Positions 14,901-29,900 of a stretch of DNA of 64,000 nucleotides are shown here, one piece after another. The stretch is from Tubulanus polymorphus (taxonomy: Eukaryota > Animalia > Nemertea): positions 2,500,131 through 2,564,130 of the forward strand of contig NC_134033.1 of the NCBI RefSeq assembly GCF_964204645.1. Direction: 5' to 3'. Position numbers and translations under genes: made by a program. The first letter of the stretch is position 1. The number at the start of each line of letters is the position of its first letter. The notes under the pieces were generated by a model. The model saw only the letters and a program-made list of their open reading frames with translations, was not told the origin of the DNA and searched no databases.

Positions 14901-17900
14901 TTGTTCCACTAGTTGATGACACAGAACTGCCGGTTGTTCCACTGGTTGGTGATACAGTACTGCCTGATGTTCCACTAGTTGGGGATACAGTACTGCCTGT
15001 TGTTCCACTAGTCGAGGATACAGTACGGCCTGTTGTTCCACTAGTTGCGGTTACAGAAATGCCTGTTGTTCCACTAGTTGGTGATATAGTGCTGCCGGTT
15101 GTTCCACTAGTTGTGGACACAGTACTGCCTGTTGTTACACTAGTTGAGGACACAGTACTGCCTGTTATAACAGTCGTTGAGGACACAGAACTGCCTGTTG
15201 TTCCACTAGTCGGGGACACAGTACTGCTTGTTGTTCCACTAGTTGATGACACAGAACTGCCGGTTGTTCCACTGGTTGGTGATACAGTACTGCCTGATGT
15301 TCCACTAGTTGGGGAAACAGTACTACCTGTTGTTCCACTAGTTAAGGACAGAGTACTGCCTGTTGTTCCACTAGTTGGGGACACAGTACTGCCTGTTGTT
15401 CCACTAGTTGCGGTTACAGAAATGCCTGTTGTTCGACTTGTTGGTGATATAGTGCTGCCGGTTGTTCCACTAGTTGTGGACACAGTACTGCCTGTTGTTC
15501 CACTAGTTGAGGATACAGTACTCCCTAATGTTCCACTAGTTGCGGACACAGTACTGCCTCTTTTACCAGTTGTTGATGATGCAGTATCGCCCGTTGTTAC
15601 AGTTGTTGTTGCCGCAGTACTACTGATTGTACTCGTACTTGTTGTTGATGTTACTGAGCATGTCACTTTTGTTGTATTCCCATTGAGTACTATGCATGTA
15701 AAACCATTTGGGCAAAGACCTACTGCGCTGCAAGGATCAATTTGCAACACTATAACAAAAGAAAAATTTTCTATTTTAGACACCATTGCGGACTGTTTTA
15801 CATCATGAAATGGTCTTTGGCAAACTTTCTGACACAGTGTCATTAGCGACAAATCACTTAAAACGGTTATTAGGTAGAATTGAATGTAACTCGAACCCCT
15901 AGAAAACACTGAAATTTTCATACTTTGCATATTACCTTTAATACTTTCAGTTGTGTATGTCGTGTTTAGTGGCAAAGCAGATATTGTTGTTACATTAGCC
16001 ATCGTTTCTTGTAGAACTTGCTGAACATATTGGTTGAGGCTAAGACCCTTAGCATTTGCTGCACTTAAAAGTGATCCTAGGTTGGCTGATATCCCAAAAT
16101 CGACAATCACACTCCCTTGCCTGTTGCGATAAATGATTTTTTATCAACATTTTTGCAAAGGTAATTCATAACCAGTAACTGAACATGTGCAACTACCTTA
16201 TATTCTTAATCTTTAGAGCCGAAAATCCAGGTATGTTGGAAAACAATGCAGTAAGCTGAAATGTAATGAAGTTTACATATGCTATTATCTTTTTTCGTGG
16301 TGAATGAATAAAATGATTCACATTTTTCTATTGCTATGACTGGATATATGAATCCATTTTTTGGTACGGTAGATATACTGGTATTGGCTTCAGGTAATAT
16401 CTGATTCCATCTATTTCACGTGCCTTACCGCTTGGTTGATTTTAGATACAAAAGTTACGTAATCCTGAGAACTTTGATTGTTGTAGTTTGTATTGAACAA
16501 TACGTTAAAGCTTATTGAAAATGGAACTGACAATGTAGCATTCCCTACAAAAAAGAAAAATAAAATTAATTGATTTTATGCAGGCATTAATAAGCTGCTG
16601 TCACGATCAAACCTCTCAGAGACAGTCGATATGAGTTAATTCCAATGAACGCTGAGACTTCCCATTTGCTTAGGTCAATTGGTCATATAACTATGTATAT
16701 AGAGAATGCATCCATGAAAAAGACTTACCGGTAGCAGCTATGACTACAAGCGCAGTAGTAAATGGTGCAGCAGTCGAGGTTGATGTGTCTATAGAAGTGA
16801 AGCTGACAGTTTGTGAACTGGTCTCTAATGTTGATGTGTCTACCGTAGAGGAGCTGAGAGTCGTAGACGAATCAGTACTGCCTGTTATAACAGTCGTTGA
16901 GGACACAGAACTGCCTGTCGTTCCACTAGTCGAGGACACAGTACTGCCTAATGTTCCACTAGTTGGTGATACAGTACTGCCTGATGTTCCACTAGTTGAG
17001 GACACAGTACTGCCCGTTGTTGCACTAGTTGAGGATACAGTACTGCCTGATGTTCCACTAGTTGAGGACACAGTACTGCCCGTTGTTGCACTAGTTGAGG
17101 ATACAGTACTGCCTGTCGTTCCACTAGTTGAGGATACAGTACTGCCTGATGTACCACTAGTTGAGTACACAGTACTGCCTGATGTTCCACTAGTTGATGA
17201 TACAGTACTGCCTGTTGTTGGACTAGTTGGGGATACAGTACTGCCTGTCATTCCACTAGCTGTGGACCCAGTACTCCCTGATGTTCCACTTGTTGAGGGC
17301 ACAGTACTGCCTGTTGTTCCACAAGTTGGGGACACAGTACTGCCTGTTGTTCCACTAGTTGGGGACACAGTAATCCCCGATGTTCCACTAGTAGGAGACA
17401 CAGTACTGGATGTCATTCCAGAGGTTGTGGACCCAGTACCCCCTGTTGTTCCACTAGTTGAGGACACAGTACTGCCTGATGTCCCACTAGTTGAGGACAT
17501 AGTACTGCCTGTCGTTCCACTTGTTGTGTACACAGTACTGCCGCCTGATGTTCCACTAGTTGATGATACAGTACTGCCTGTTGTTCCACTGGTTGAGGAC
17601 ACAGTACTGCCCGTTGTTGCACTAGTTGTGGATACAGTGCTGCCTGAATTTGCACTAGTTGAGGACACAGTACTGCCTGTTGTACCACTAGTTGATGATA
17701 CAGTACTGCCTGATGTTCCAGTAGTTGATGATACAGTACTGCCTGTTGTTCCACTAGTTGGGGACACAGAACTGCCTGTTGTTCCACTAGTTGGGGACAC
17801 AGTACTGCCTGTTGTTCCACTAGTTGAGGATACAGTACTGCCTGTTGTTCCACTAGTTGATGATACAGTACTGCCTGATGTTCCAGTAGTTGATGATACA

Positions 17901-20900
17901 GTACTGCCTGTTGTTCCACTAGTTGGGGACACAGAACTGCCTGTTGTTCCACTAGTTGGGGACACAGTACTGCTTGTTGTTCCACTAGTTGAGGACACAG
18001 AACTGCCTGTTGTTCCACTAGTTTGGGACACAGTACTGCCTGTTGTTCCACTAGTTGGGGACACAGTACTGCCTGATGTTCCACTAGTTGAGGACACAGT
18101 ACTGCCTGATGTTCCACTAGTTGATGATACAGTACTGCCTGATGTTCCACTAGTTGATGATACAGTACTGCCTGTTGTTCCACTAGTTGGGGACACAGTA
18201 CTGCCTATTGTTCCACTTGTTGAGTACACAGTACTGCCTGATGTTCCACTAGTTGATGATACAGTACTGCCTGTTGTTCCACTAGTTGGGGACACAGTAC
18301 TGTCTATTGTTCCACTTGTTGAGTACACAGTACTGCCTGATGTTCCACTAGTTGATGATACAGTACTGCCTGTTGTTGGACTAGTTGGGGATACAGTACT
18401 GCCTGTCATTCCACTAGCTGTGGACCCAGTACTCCCTGATGTTCCACTTGTTGAGGGCACAGTACTGCCTGTTGTTCCACTAGTTGGGGACACAGTACTG
18501 CCTGTTGTTCCACTAGTTGGGGACACAGTAATCCCCGATGTTTCACTAGTAGGAGACACAGTACTGGATGTCATTCCAGAGGTTGTGGACCCAGTACTCC
18601 CTGTTGTTCCACTAGTTGAGGACACAATACTGCCTGATGTCCCACTAGTTGAGGACATAGTACTGCCTGTCGTTCCACTTGTTGTGTACACAGTACTGCC
18701 GCCTGATGTTCCACTAGTTGATGATACAGTACTGCCTGTTGTTCCACTGGTTGAGGACACAGTACTGCCCGTTGTTGCACTAGTTGTGGATACAGTGCTG
18801 CCTGAATTTGCACTAGTTGAGGACACAGTACTGCCTGTTGTTCCACTAGTTGATGATACAGTACTGCCTGATGATCCAGTAGTTGATGATACAGTACTGC
18901 CTGTTGTTCCACTAGTTGGGGACACAGAACTGCCTGTTGTTCCACTAGTTGAGGACACAGAACTGCCTGTTGTTCCACTAGTTGGGGACACAGTACTGCC
19001 TGTTGTTCCACTAGTTGGGGACACAGTACTGCCTGATGTTCCACTAGTTGAGGACACAGTACTGCCTGATGTTCCACTAGTTGAGGACACAGTACTGCCT
19101 GCTGTTCCACTAGTTGATGACACAGTACTGCCTGATGTTCCACTAGTTGATGATACAGTACTGCCTGTTGTTCCACTAGTTGGGGACACAGTACTGCCTA
19201 TTGTTCCACTTGTTGAGTACACAGTACTGCCTGATGTTCCACTAGTTGATGATACAGTACTGCCTGTTGTTGGACTAGTTGGGGACACAGTACTGTCTAT
19301 TGTTCCACTTGTTGAGTACACAGTACTGCCTGATGTTCCACTAGTTGATGATACAGTACTGCCTGTTGTTCCACTAGTTGGGGACACAGTACTGCCTGTT
19401 GTTCCACTTGTTGAGTACACAGTACTGCCTGATGTTCCACTAGTTGATGATACAGTACTGCCTGTTGTTCCACTAGTTGCGGACACAGTACTGCCTGTTG
19501 CTCCACTAGTTGATGATACAGTACTGCCTGTTGTTCCACTAGTTGAGGACACAGTACTGCCTGATGTTCCACTAGTTGAGGACACAGTACTGCCTGTTGT
19601 TCCACTAGTTGATGATACAGTACTGCCTGTCGTTCCACTAGTTGATGACACAGTACTGCCTGTTGTTCCACTTGTTGAGTACACAGTAATCCCTGTAGTT
19701 GGAAACACTGAAGTTGGTGACATGCTTGTGCCTGTTGTACCAGTAGTTGGTGATGCAGAACTGAATGTAGTACTAACACTTGCACCACTGCTCGTCAGTG
19801 TCGAGGAACAAGTCACATTCGTTGAATTTCTATCATGTAGGAAGCACGTGTAGCCATTTGGGCAGACATTAACTGCACTACAGGGGTCAATCCTCATAGC
19901 TACAACAGATCAGTGGTGTACAAAATGATTTTCGCTTTCAGGTTATTTGGATGATTACAAACAGTTTCCTGTTTTAAATGGACAACTTTCGTATGATAAT
20001 CACGGTCACAATTGTAGTGATCTAGACCATCGAATCTAAAATTCAGTTTTGTTCTCAGGTTTTGCAGATGTAAATTACCTTTAATACTTTCAGTTGTGAA
20101 CGTCGTGTTGATTGGCAGGCCATCAATTGCAGTAATATTTGACATCGTCTCTAGTAAAGCTTGCTGAACAAATTGTTCGACACTTAATCCCTGGGTATTT
20201 GCTGCATCCACGAGGGGTCCAAGATTCATCACCATTTCAAAATCCACAGTAACGCTGCCCTGACTATATAAATGTACTTTGTAAACATTGCTACCAGAAT
20301 ATACATACTGTATGTTACAATTGATCAGTTGAATTTGATTATAATCTGATTAGATGTGTTCATAATCACCTGATCTTCCTAATCTTAATCGACGCTAATC
20401 CTGGGACGTTTGCAAACATCTTCATGAGCTACAAGTGTCACAAAAAACCATAACATTGAAATTTGAAGCTGGCTATTAACTAAATAACTATACGCCACTA
20501 ACGATGAGCAAGGGATCAGAACGTATGATTTACCGCTTGATGAATTTTCGATTCAAACGCTTTGTATTCCGGTGAAGATGGATTGTTGTAGTTTGGGTTG
20601 AAAGGAATGGTAAATTTCATGCCAAGTGGGACGGGTACCGATTTATTACCTACAATGTAGTTATAAAAACAAATTAGATATTCAAACAGCCTAGTTAACA
20701 TACTTGCTTTGAGAATAAAGCTGCATTCTGTCAGTAAGTCATATAATTTACGTACGTAAATTAGGCTTAGCAGTAGCAGCCAGTGGTAAAGCAGCAGTAG
20801 TAGGTGCAGCATCCGAGTTCGATGTGTCTATAGCTGTGGAGCTGATAGGTCGGGACAACGTAGATGAATCTGTACGTGAGCTCGTCTTGGTGCTCGCTGA

Positions 20901-23900
20901 GGTGGATATGTCTACAGTGGAGGAGCCGACAGGAGCCGACGAATCTGTTTTCATAGAGGTTGATGTGTCTATCGTAGAGGAGCTCACATTCGGGGACGAC
21001 GTAGACGAATCCGTTGGTGAACTCGTCACGGTGGTCGCCAAAGATGATGGGTCTACCAAGCTGACGGTTGATGACAACGTAGACAAATCTGTTTGTAAAT
21101 TTGTTTGGGTGCTTGCAGGGGTTGAGGTGTCCATCGTGGAAAAGCTGACTGTTGGTAAAGACGTGGATGAGTCTGTTGGTAAACTCGTCTCGTCGGTCGC
21201 CGAGGTTGAAGTGTCTACCGTGGAGGATCTGACACTTGACGACGTAGACGATTCCGTTGGTGAACTTGTCTCGGTGCTTGCAGAGTGTGAAGTGTCTACC
21301 GTTGAGGAGCCGACAGTTGATGGCGATGTAGATGAATCTATTGGTGAGCTAGTCTTGGGGCTCGTCGAGGTTGAAGTGTCTATCGTGGAGGTACTGTCAG
21401 ATGAGAACGACGCATTATCATCGGTTGGTGAGCTAGTCTCGGTGCTTGTTGTTTCATAAGTTGAGGATAGAGTACTGCCTGTCATTCCACTAGTTGCGGA
21501 CACAATACTGCGTGATGTTCTACTAGTTGAAGATACACTACTGTCTGATGTTCCACTTGTTGGGAACACAGTACTCCCTGATGTTCCACTAGTTGAGGAT
21601 ATAGTGCTGCCTGATGTTCCACTGGTTGAAGACACAGTACTGCCTGTAGTTCCACTAGTTGGAAATACAGTACTGCCTGTTGTTCCACTAGTTGGGAACA
21701 CAGTACTCCCTGATGTTCCACTAGTTGAGGATACAGTGCTGCCTGATGTTCCACTGGTTGAAGACACAGTACTGCCTGTAGTTCCACTAGTTGGAAATAC
21801 AGTACTGTCTGATGTTCCACTTGTTGGGGACACAGTTGCACTAGTTGAGGATACAGTGCTGCCTGATGTCCCACTAGTCCCACTAGTTGGGAACAAAGAA
21901 ACGCTTGTTGTTGCTAAAGTTGATGACACAATACTGACTGCTGTTCCACTCGTTGATGATACAGTGCTGCCTGATGTTCCACTGGTTGCGGATACAGTAC
22001 TGCCAGATGTTCCACCAGTTGAGGATACAGTACTGCCTGATGTGCCACCAGTTGAGGACACTGAACTGCCTGTCGATCGACCAGTTGGGGACACAGTACT
22101 CCCTGATGTTCCACTTGTTGAGGACACAGAACTGCCTGTCGTTCCACTAGATAGGGACACAGTACTGCCTGTTGTTCCACTAGTAGAGGACACAGTACTG
22201 CCCGATGTTCCACTTGTTGGGAATACAGTAGTGACTGCTGTTTCAATATTTGAGGGCAGGGTACTCCCTGCTGTTCCACTAGTTAAGGACACAGTACTCC
22301 CTGATTTCCCACTAGTTGAGGACACAGAACTGCCTGTTTTTCCACTAGACAGGGACGTTGTTCTGCCTGTCGTTCCACTAGATAGGGACACAGTACTGCC
22401 TGATGTTGCACTAGTTGAGGACACAGAACTGCCCGATGTTCCACTTGTTGGGAATACAGTAGTGACTGCTGTTCCACTATTTGAGGGCAGAGTACTCCCT
22501 GCTGTTCCAATAGTCGATGATACAGTACTCCCTGATATTCCACTAGTTGAGGATACAGCACTGCCTGTCGTTCCACCAGTTGAGAACACAGAACTACCTG
22601 TCGTTCCACTAGACTGGAACATAGTACTCCCTGATGTTCCACTTGTTGAGGATACAGAACTGCCTGTCGTTCCACCAGTTGAGGAAACAGTACTCCCTGA
22701 TGTCCCACTAGTTGAGGACACAGAACTGCCTGTTGTTCCACTAGACAGGGACGTTGTACTGCCTGTCATTCCACTAGTTTGGGACACAGTACTGCCTGAT
22801 GTTCCACTAGTTGAGGACACCGTACTGCCTGTCGTTCCACTAGTTTGGGACACAGTCATCACTGTAGTTGAAAATATTGAGGTTGGTGCCATGCTTGTGC
22901 CTGTTGTACCAGTGGTTGGTGATGCAGAACTGTATGTTGTACTAATACTTGCACTACTGCTCGTTGGTGTCGAGGAACAAGTCACATTCGTGGAATTTTT
23001 ATCATGTAGAAAGCATGTGTAACCACTTGGGCAGACATTTACTACACTACAAGGGTCAACTCTCATCGCTAAAACAGAAGATCAGTGTTGTACATAATTA
23101 TTATGGCTTTCAGGTTATTTGGATGAATACAAATAGTTTCCTCTATTGGAATGAACTATTTTCGTAAGATAATCGCTGTCACAATTAAAGTGATTCGGAC
23201 CATCGAATCTTGAATCCATTTTTGTTCTCCGATTTTCATATGTAAAATACCTTTAATACTTTCAGTTGTGAACGTCGTGTTGATTGGCAGGCCGTCAATT
23301 GCAGTAATATTTGACATCGTCTCTAGTAAAGCTTGCTGAACAAGTTGTTCGACGCTGAAACCTTGGGTATTTGCTGCATCCACGAGGGGTCCAAGATTCA
23401 TCACCATTTCAAAATCCACAGTAACGCTGCCCTGACTATGTAAATGTACTTTATAAACATTGCTATCAGAATATATATACAGTATGTTACAGTTGATTAA
23501 TTGAATTCGATTATCATCTGATTAGATGTGTTCATAATCACCTGATCTTCCTTATCTTTAACGAGGCTAATCCTGGGACGTTTGCGAACATCTTCATCAG
23601 CTACAAGTGTCACAAGAACAACAGCATTAAAGCAGGCTGTAAATGAAATAACGATGCGCCAGTAATCGTGAGATTGTGATGAAAACGTAAGATTTACCGC
23701 TTGATGAATTTTCGATTCAAACGCTTTGTATTCCGGTGAAGATTGATTGTTGTAATTTTGGTTGAAAGGAATGGTAAATTTCATAGCAAGTGGGACGGGT
23801 ACCGATTTATTACCTACAATATAGATATGCGTAAGAAATTGAATAGTCAGACAAGTTAACGCATGTGCATTGAGAATAAAGCTGTATTCTTTCAATAAGA

Positions 23901-26900
23901 CATATTATTTACGTACGTAAATTAGGCTTAGCAGTAGCAGCAATAGGTACAGGAGCAGTAGTAAGAGTAGGTGCAGCAGTCGAGGTCGATGTGTCTACGG
24001 TAATGGAGCTGATAGCTCGGGACAATATAGATGAATCCGTTCGTGAGCTCGTCTGGGTGATCGCTGAGGTTGAAGTGTCTACTGTAGAGAAGATGGCGTT
24101 CGAGGACGGCGTAGATAGATCCGTTCGTGCGGTTGTCTGTGCGTTTGTAGGGGTCGAGGTTTCTACCATGGAAGAGCTGACTGTGGATGAAGACGTAGAT
24201 GAGTCCGTTGGAGAACTCATCTCAGTGCTCACCGAAGATGATGTGTCTACCGTGGAGGAGCTGACAGTCGATGAGGGCGAAGGTTTATCCGTTGTTAAGC
24301 TCGAATCAGTGCTCGCAGAGGCCGATGTGTCTACTGTAGAGGAGCTGACAGCTGGTGACGACGTAGACGAATCCGTTGATGAACTCGACACGGTGCTCGC
24401 CGAGGTTGATAAGTCTACCGTAGAGGATCTGACATTTGAGGACGACGTCGACGAATCCGTTTGTGAGCTCGTCTCGGTGCTCGCCGAGGTTGTTACAGTA
24501 GTTGAGGATACAGCACTGCCTGTTGTTCCACTTGTTGGGGATACAGTACTGCCTGTTGTTGCACTAGTTGAGGATACAGTACTGCCTGAGGTTCCACTAG
24601 TAGAGGACCCAGCACTCCCTGATGTAGCACTAGTTGAAGAAACTATACTGCCTGTCATTACACTTGTTGGGGACAGAGTACTGCCTGTTTTTCCAGTAGT
24701 TGAGGACACAGTACTGCCAATCGTTCCACTAGTTGGGGACCCAGTACTGCCTGATTTTCCTGGTGAGGACACAGTACTGCCTGTTGTTCCACTACTAGTT
24801 GAGGCCCCAGTACTGCCTGTCGTTACACCAGTTGAGGACACAGTACTGCCTGATGTTCCGATAGTTGTGGACCCAGTACTCCCTGGTGTAGCACTAGTTG
24901 AGGACACTGTACTGCCTGTTGTACCACCAGTTGTGGATCCACTACTGCCTGATGTTCCACTAGTTGGAAACACAGTACTGCCTGATGTTCCACTTGTTGA
25001 GGAAACAGTACTGCCTGTTGTTCCACTAGTTGCGGACACAGTACTGCCTGTTGTTCCACCAGTTGTGGATCCACTACTGCCTGATGTTCCAGTAGTTGGA
25101 AATAGAGTACTGCCTGTTGTTCCACTAGTTGAGGATACAGTACTGCCTGTTGTTCCACTAGATGAGGATACAGTACTGCCTGATGTTCCAGTAGTTGGAA
25201 ATAGAGTACCGCCTGTTGTTCCACTAGTTGAGGATACAGTACTGCCTGTTGTTCCACTAGATGAGGATACAGTACTGCCTGTTGTTCCACTAGTTGAAGA
25301 CACAGTACTGCCTGATGTTCCACTAGTTGAGGACACAGTACTGCCTGTGGTTCCACTAGTTGAGGACACAGTACTGCCTGTTGTTCCACCAATTGTGGAT
25401 CCACTACTGCCTGATGTTCCACTAGTTGGAAATAGAGTACTGCCTGTTGTTCCACTAGTTGAAGATACAGTACTCCATGTTGTTCCACTAGTTGGAAATA
25501 CAGTACTGCCTGTTGTTCCACTAGTTGAAGACACAGTACTGCCTGTTGTTAGACTAGTTGGGGACACAGTACTGCCTGTTGTTCCACCAGTTGTGGATCC
25601 ACTACTGCCTGATGTTCCACTAGTTGGAAATAGAGTACTGCCTGTTGTTCCACTAGTTGAAGACACAGTACTGCCTGTTGTTAGATTAGTTGGGGACACA
25701 GTACTGCCTGTTGTTCCACCAGTTGTGGATCCACTACTGCCTGTTGTTCCACTAGTTGGAAATACAGTACTGCCTGTGGTTCCACTAGTTGAGGACACAG
25801 TACTGCCTGTTGTTCCACCAATTGTGGATCCACTACTGCCTGATGTTCCACTAGTTGGAAATAGAGTACTGCCTGTTGTTCCACTAGTTGAAGATACAGT
25901 ACTGCCTGTTGTTCCACTTGTTGAGGACACAGTACTGCCTGTTGTTCCACTAGTTGAAGATACATTACTGCCTGTTGTTCCACTAGTTGAGGACACAGTA
26001 CTGCCTGTTGTTCCACCAGTTGTGGATCCACTACTGCCTGATGTTCCACTAGTTGGGGATACAGTACTGCCTGATGTTCCACTAGTTGAGGACACAGTAC
26101 TGCCTGTTGTTCCACCAGTTGTGGATCCACTACTGCCTGTTGCTCCAGTAGTTGAGGACACAGTGCTGCCTGTTGTTCCACTAGTTGGGGACACAGTACT
26201 GCCTGATGTTCCACTTGTTGGGAATACAGTAGTGACTGCTGTTCCACTATTTGAGGGCAGAGTACTCCCTGCTGTTCCAATAGTCGATGATACAGTACTC
26301 CCTGATATTCCACTCGTTGAGGATACAGAACTGTCTGTCGTTCCACCAGTTAAGAACACAGAACTACCTGTCGTTCCACTAGACTGGAACACAGTACTCC
26401 CTGATGTCCCACTAGTTGAGGACACAGTACTGCCTGTCATTCCACTAGCTATGGACCCAGTACTGCCTGTTGTTCCACTAGACAGGGACACTGTACTGCC
26501 TGTCATTCCACTAGTTTGGGACACAGTACTGCCTGATGTTCCACTAGTTGAGGACACTGTACTGCCTGTCATCCCACTAGTTTGGGACACAGTACTGCCT
26601 GATGTTCCACTAGTTGAGGACACCATACTGCCTGTTGTTCCACTAGTTGAGGACCCAGTACTGCCTATCGTTCCACTAGTTTGGGACACAGTACTGCCTG
26701 ATGTTCCACTAGTTGAGGACACCGTACTGCCTGTCGTTCCACTAGTTTGGGACACAGTCATCACTGTAGTTGAAAATAATGAGGTTGGTGCCATGCTTGT
26801 GCCTGTTGTACCAGTGGTTGGGGATGCAGAACTGTATGTTGTACTAATACTTGCACTACTGCTCGTCGGTGTCGAGGAACATGTCACATTCGTGGAATTT

Positions 26901-29900
26901 TTATCATGTAGAAAGCATGTGTAACCACTTGGGCAGACATTTACTACACTACAAGGGTCAACTCTCATCGCTAAAACAGAAGACCAGTATTGTACACAAT
27001 TATTATGGCTTTCAGGTTATTTTGATGAATATAACTAGTTTCCTCTATTGAAATGAACTATTTTCGTAAGATAACCACTGTCACAATTAAAATGATTCGG
27101 ACCATCGAATCTTGAATCCATTTTTTTCCGATTTTCAGATGTAAAATACCTTTAATACTTTCAGTTGTGAACGTCGTGTTGATTGGCAGGCCGTCAATTG
27201 CAGTAATATTTGACATCGTCTCTAGTAAAGCTTGCTGAACAAGTTGTTCGATGCTGAAACCTTGGGTATTTGCTGCATCCACGAGGGGTCCAAGATTCAT
27301 CACCATTTCAAAATCCACAGTAACGCTGCCCTGACTATATAAATGTACTTTATAAACATTGCTATCAGAATATATATACAGTATGTAACAGTTGATTAAT
27401 TGAATTCGATTATCATCTGATTGGATGTGTTCATAATCACCTGATCTTCCTAATCTTTAACGAGGCTAATCCTGGGACATTTGCGAACATCTTCATCAGC
27501 TACAAGTGTCACAAAAACAACAGCATTAAAGCAGGCTGTAAATGAAATAACGATGCGCCAGTAATCGTGAGAATGTGATGAAAACGTAAGATTTACCGCT
27601 TGATGAATTTTCGATTCAAAGGCTTTGTATTCCGGTGAAGATTGATTGTTGTAATTTTGGTTGAAAGGAATGGTAAATTTCATAGCAAGTGGGACGGGTA
27701 CCGATTTATTACCTACAATATAGATATATGCGTAAGAAATTGAATAGTCAGACAAGTTAAAACATGTGTATTGAGAATAAAGCTGTATTCTTTCAATAAG
27801 ACATATTATTTACGTACGTAAATTGGGCTTAGCAGTAGCAGCAATAGGTACAGGAGCAGTAGTAAGAGTAGGTGCAGCAGTCGAGGTCGATATGTCTACG
27901 GTAATGGAGCTGATAGCTCGGGACCATATAGATGAATCCGTTCGTGAGCTCGTCTGGGTGATCGCTGAGGTTGAAGTGTCTACTGTAGAGAAGATGGCGT
28001 TCGAGGACGGCGTAGATAGATCCGTTCGTGCGGTTGTCTGTGCGTTTGTAGGGGTCGAGGTTTCTACCATGGAAGAGCTGACTGTGGATGAAGACGTAGA
28101 TGAGTCCGTTGGAGAACTCATCTCAGTGCTCACCGAAGATGATGTGTCTACCGTGGAGGAGCTGACAGTCGATGAGGGCGAAGGTTTATCCGTTGTTAAG
28201 CTCGAATCAGTGCTCGCAGAGGCCGATGTGTCTACTGTAGAGGAGCTGACAGCTGGTGACGACGTAGACGAATCCGTTGATGAACTCGACACGGTGCTCG
28301 CCGAGGTTGATAAGTCTACCGTAGAGGATCTGACATTTGAGGACGACGTCGACGAATCCGTTTGTGAGCTCGTCTCGGTGCTCGCCGAGGTTGTTACAGT
28401 AGTTGAGGATACAGCACTGCCTGTTGTTCCACTTGTTGGGGATACAGTACTGCCTGTTGTTGCACTAGTTGAGGATACAGTACTGCCTGAGGTTCCACTA
28501 GTAGAGGACCCAGCACTCCCTGATGTAGCACTAGTTGAAGAAACTATACTGCCTGTCATTACACTTGTTGGGGACAGAGTACTGCCTGTTTTTCCAGTAG
28601 TTGGGGACACAGTACTGCCAATCGTTCCACTAGTTGGGGACCCAGTACTGCCTGATTTTCCTGTTGAGGACACAGTACTGCCTGTTGTCCCACTAGTTGA
28701 GGCCCCAGTACTGCCTGTCGTTACACCAGTTGAGGACACAGTACTGCCTGATGTTCCGATAGTTGTGGACCCAGTACTCCCTGGTGTAGCACTAGTTGAG
28801 GACACTGTACTGCCTGTTGTTCCACCAGTTGTGGATCCACTACTGCCTGATGTTCCACTAGTTGGAAACACAGTACTGCCTGATGTTCCACTAGTTGAGG
28901 AAACAGTACTGCCTGTTGTTCCACTAGTTGCGGACACAGTACTGCCTGTTGTTCCACCAGTTGTGGATCCACTACTGCCTGATGTTCCAGTAGTTGGAAA
29001 TAGAGTACTGCCTGTTGTTCCACTAGTTGAGGATACAGTACTGCCTGTTGTTCCACTAGTTGAAGATACAGTACTGCCTGATGTTCCACTAGTTGAGGAC
29101 ACAGTACTGCCTGATGTTCCACTAGTTGGAAATACAGTACTGCCTGTGGTTCCACTAGTTGAGGACACAGTACTGCCTGTTGTTCCACCAATTGTGGATC
29201 CACTACTGCCTGATGTTCCACTAGTTGGAAATAGAGTACTGCCTGTTGTTCCACTAGTTGAAGATACAGTGCTGCCTGTTGTTCCACTAGTTGAGGACAC
29301 AGTACTGCCCGTTGTTAGACTAGTTGGGGACACAGTACTGCCTGTTGTTCCACCAGTTGTGGATCCACTACTGCCTGTTGTTCCACTAGTTGGAAATACA
29401 GTACTGCCTGTTGTTCCACTAGTTGAAGACACAGTACTGCCTGTTGTTAGACTAGTTGGGGACACAGTACTGCCTGTTGTTCCACCAGTTGTGGATCCAC
29501 TACTGCCTGTTGTTCCACTAGTTGGAAATACAGTACTGCCTGATGTTCCACTAGTTGAGGACACAGTACTGCCTGTTGTTCCACCAGTTGTGGATCCACT
29601 ACTGCCTGTTGTTCCACTAGTTGGAAATACAGTACTGCCTGATGTTCCACTAGTTGAGGACACAGTACTGCCTGATGTTCCACTAGTTGGAAATAGAGTA
29701 CTGCCTGTTGTTCCACTAGTTGAAGATACAGTACTGCCTGTTGTTCCACTTGTTGAGGACACAGTACTGCCTGTTGTTCCACCAGTTGTGGATCCACTAC
29801 TGCCTGATGTTCCACTAGTTGGGGATACAGTACTGCCTGATGTTCCACTAGTTGAGGACACAGTACTGCCTGCTGTTCCACTAGTTGAAGATACAGTACT

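Noticed and set aside
6175-27817. Stop codons shortly after each PTS donor as evidence for secreted isoforms or separate genes
   Set aside because: Early stops are expected in AT-rich introns. The AATAAA near three of them is simply the Asn-Lys codons of the next SEA exon. The 'MR[IV]DPC' methionines sit 2 nt after acceptors and have no signal peptide.
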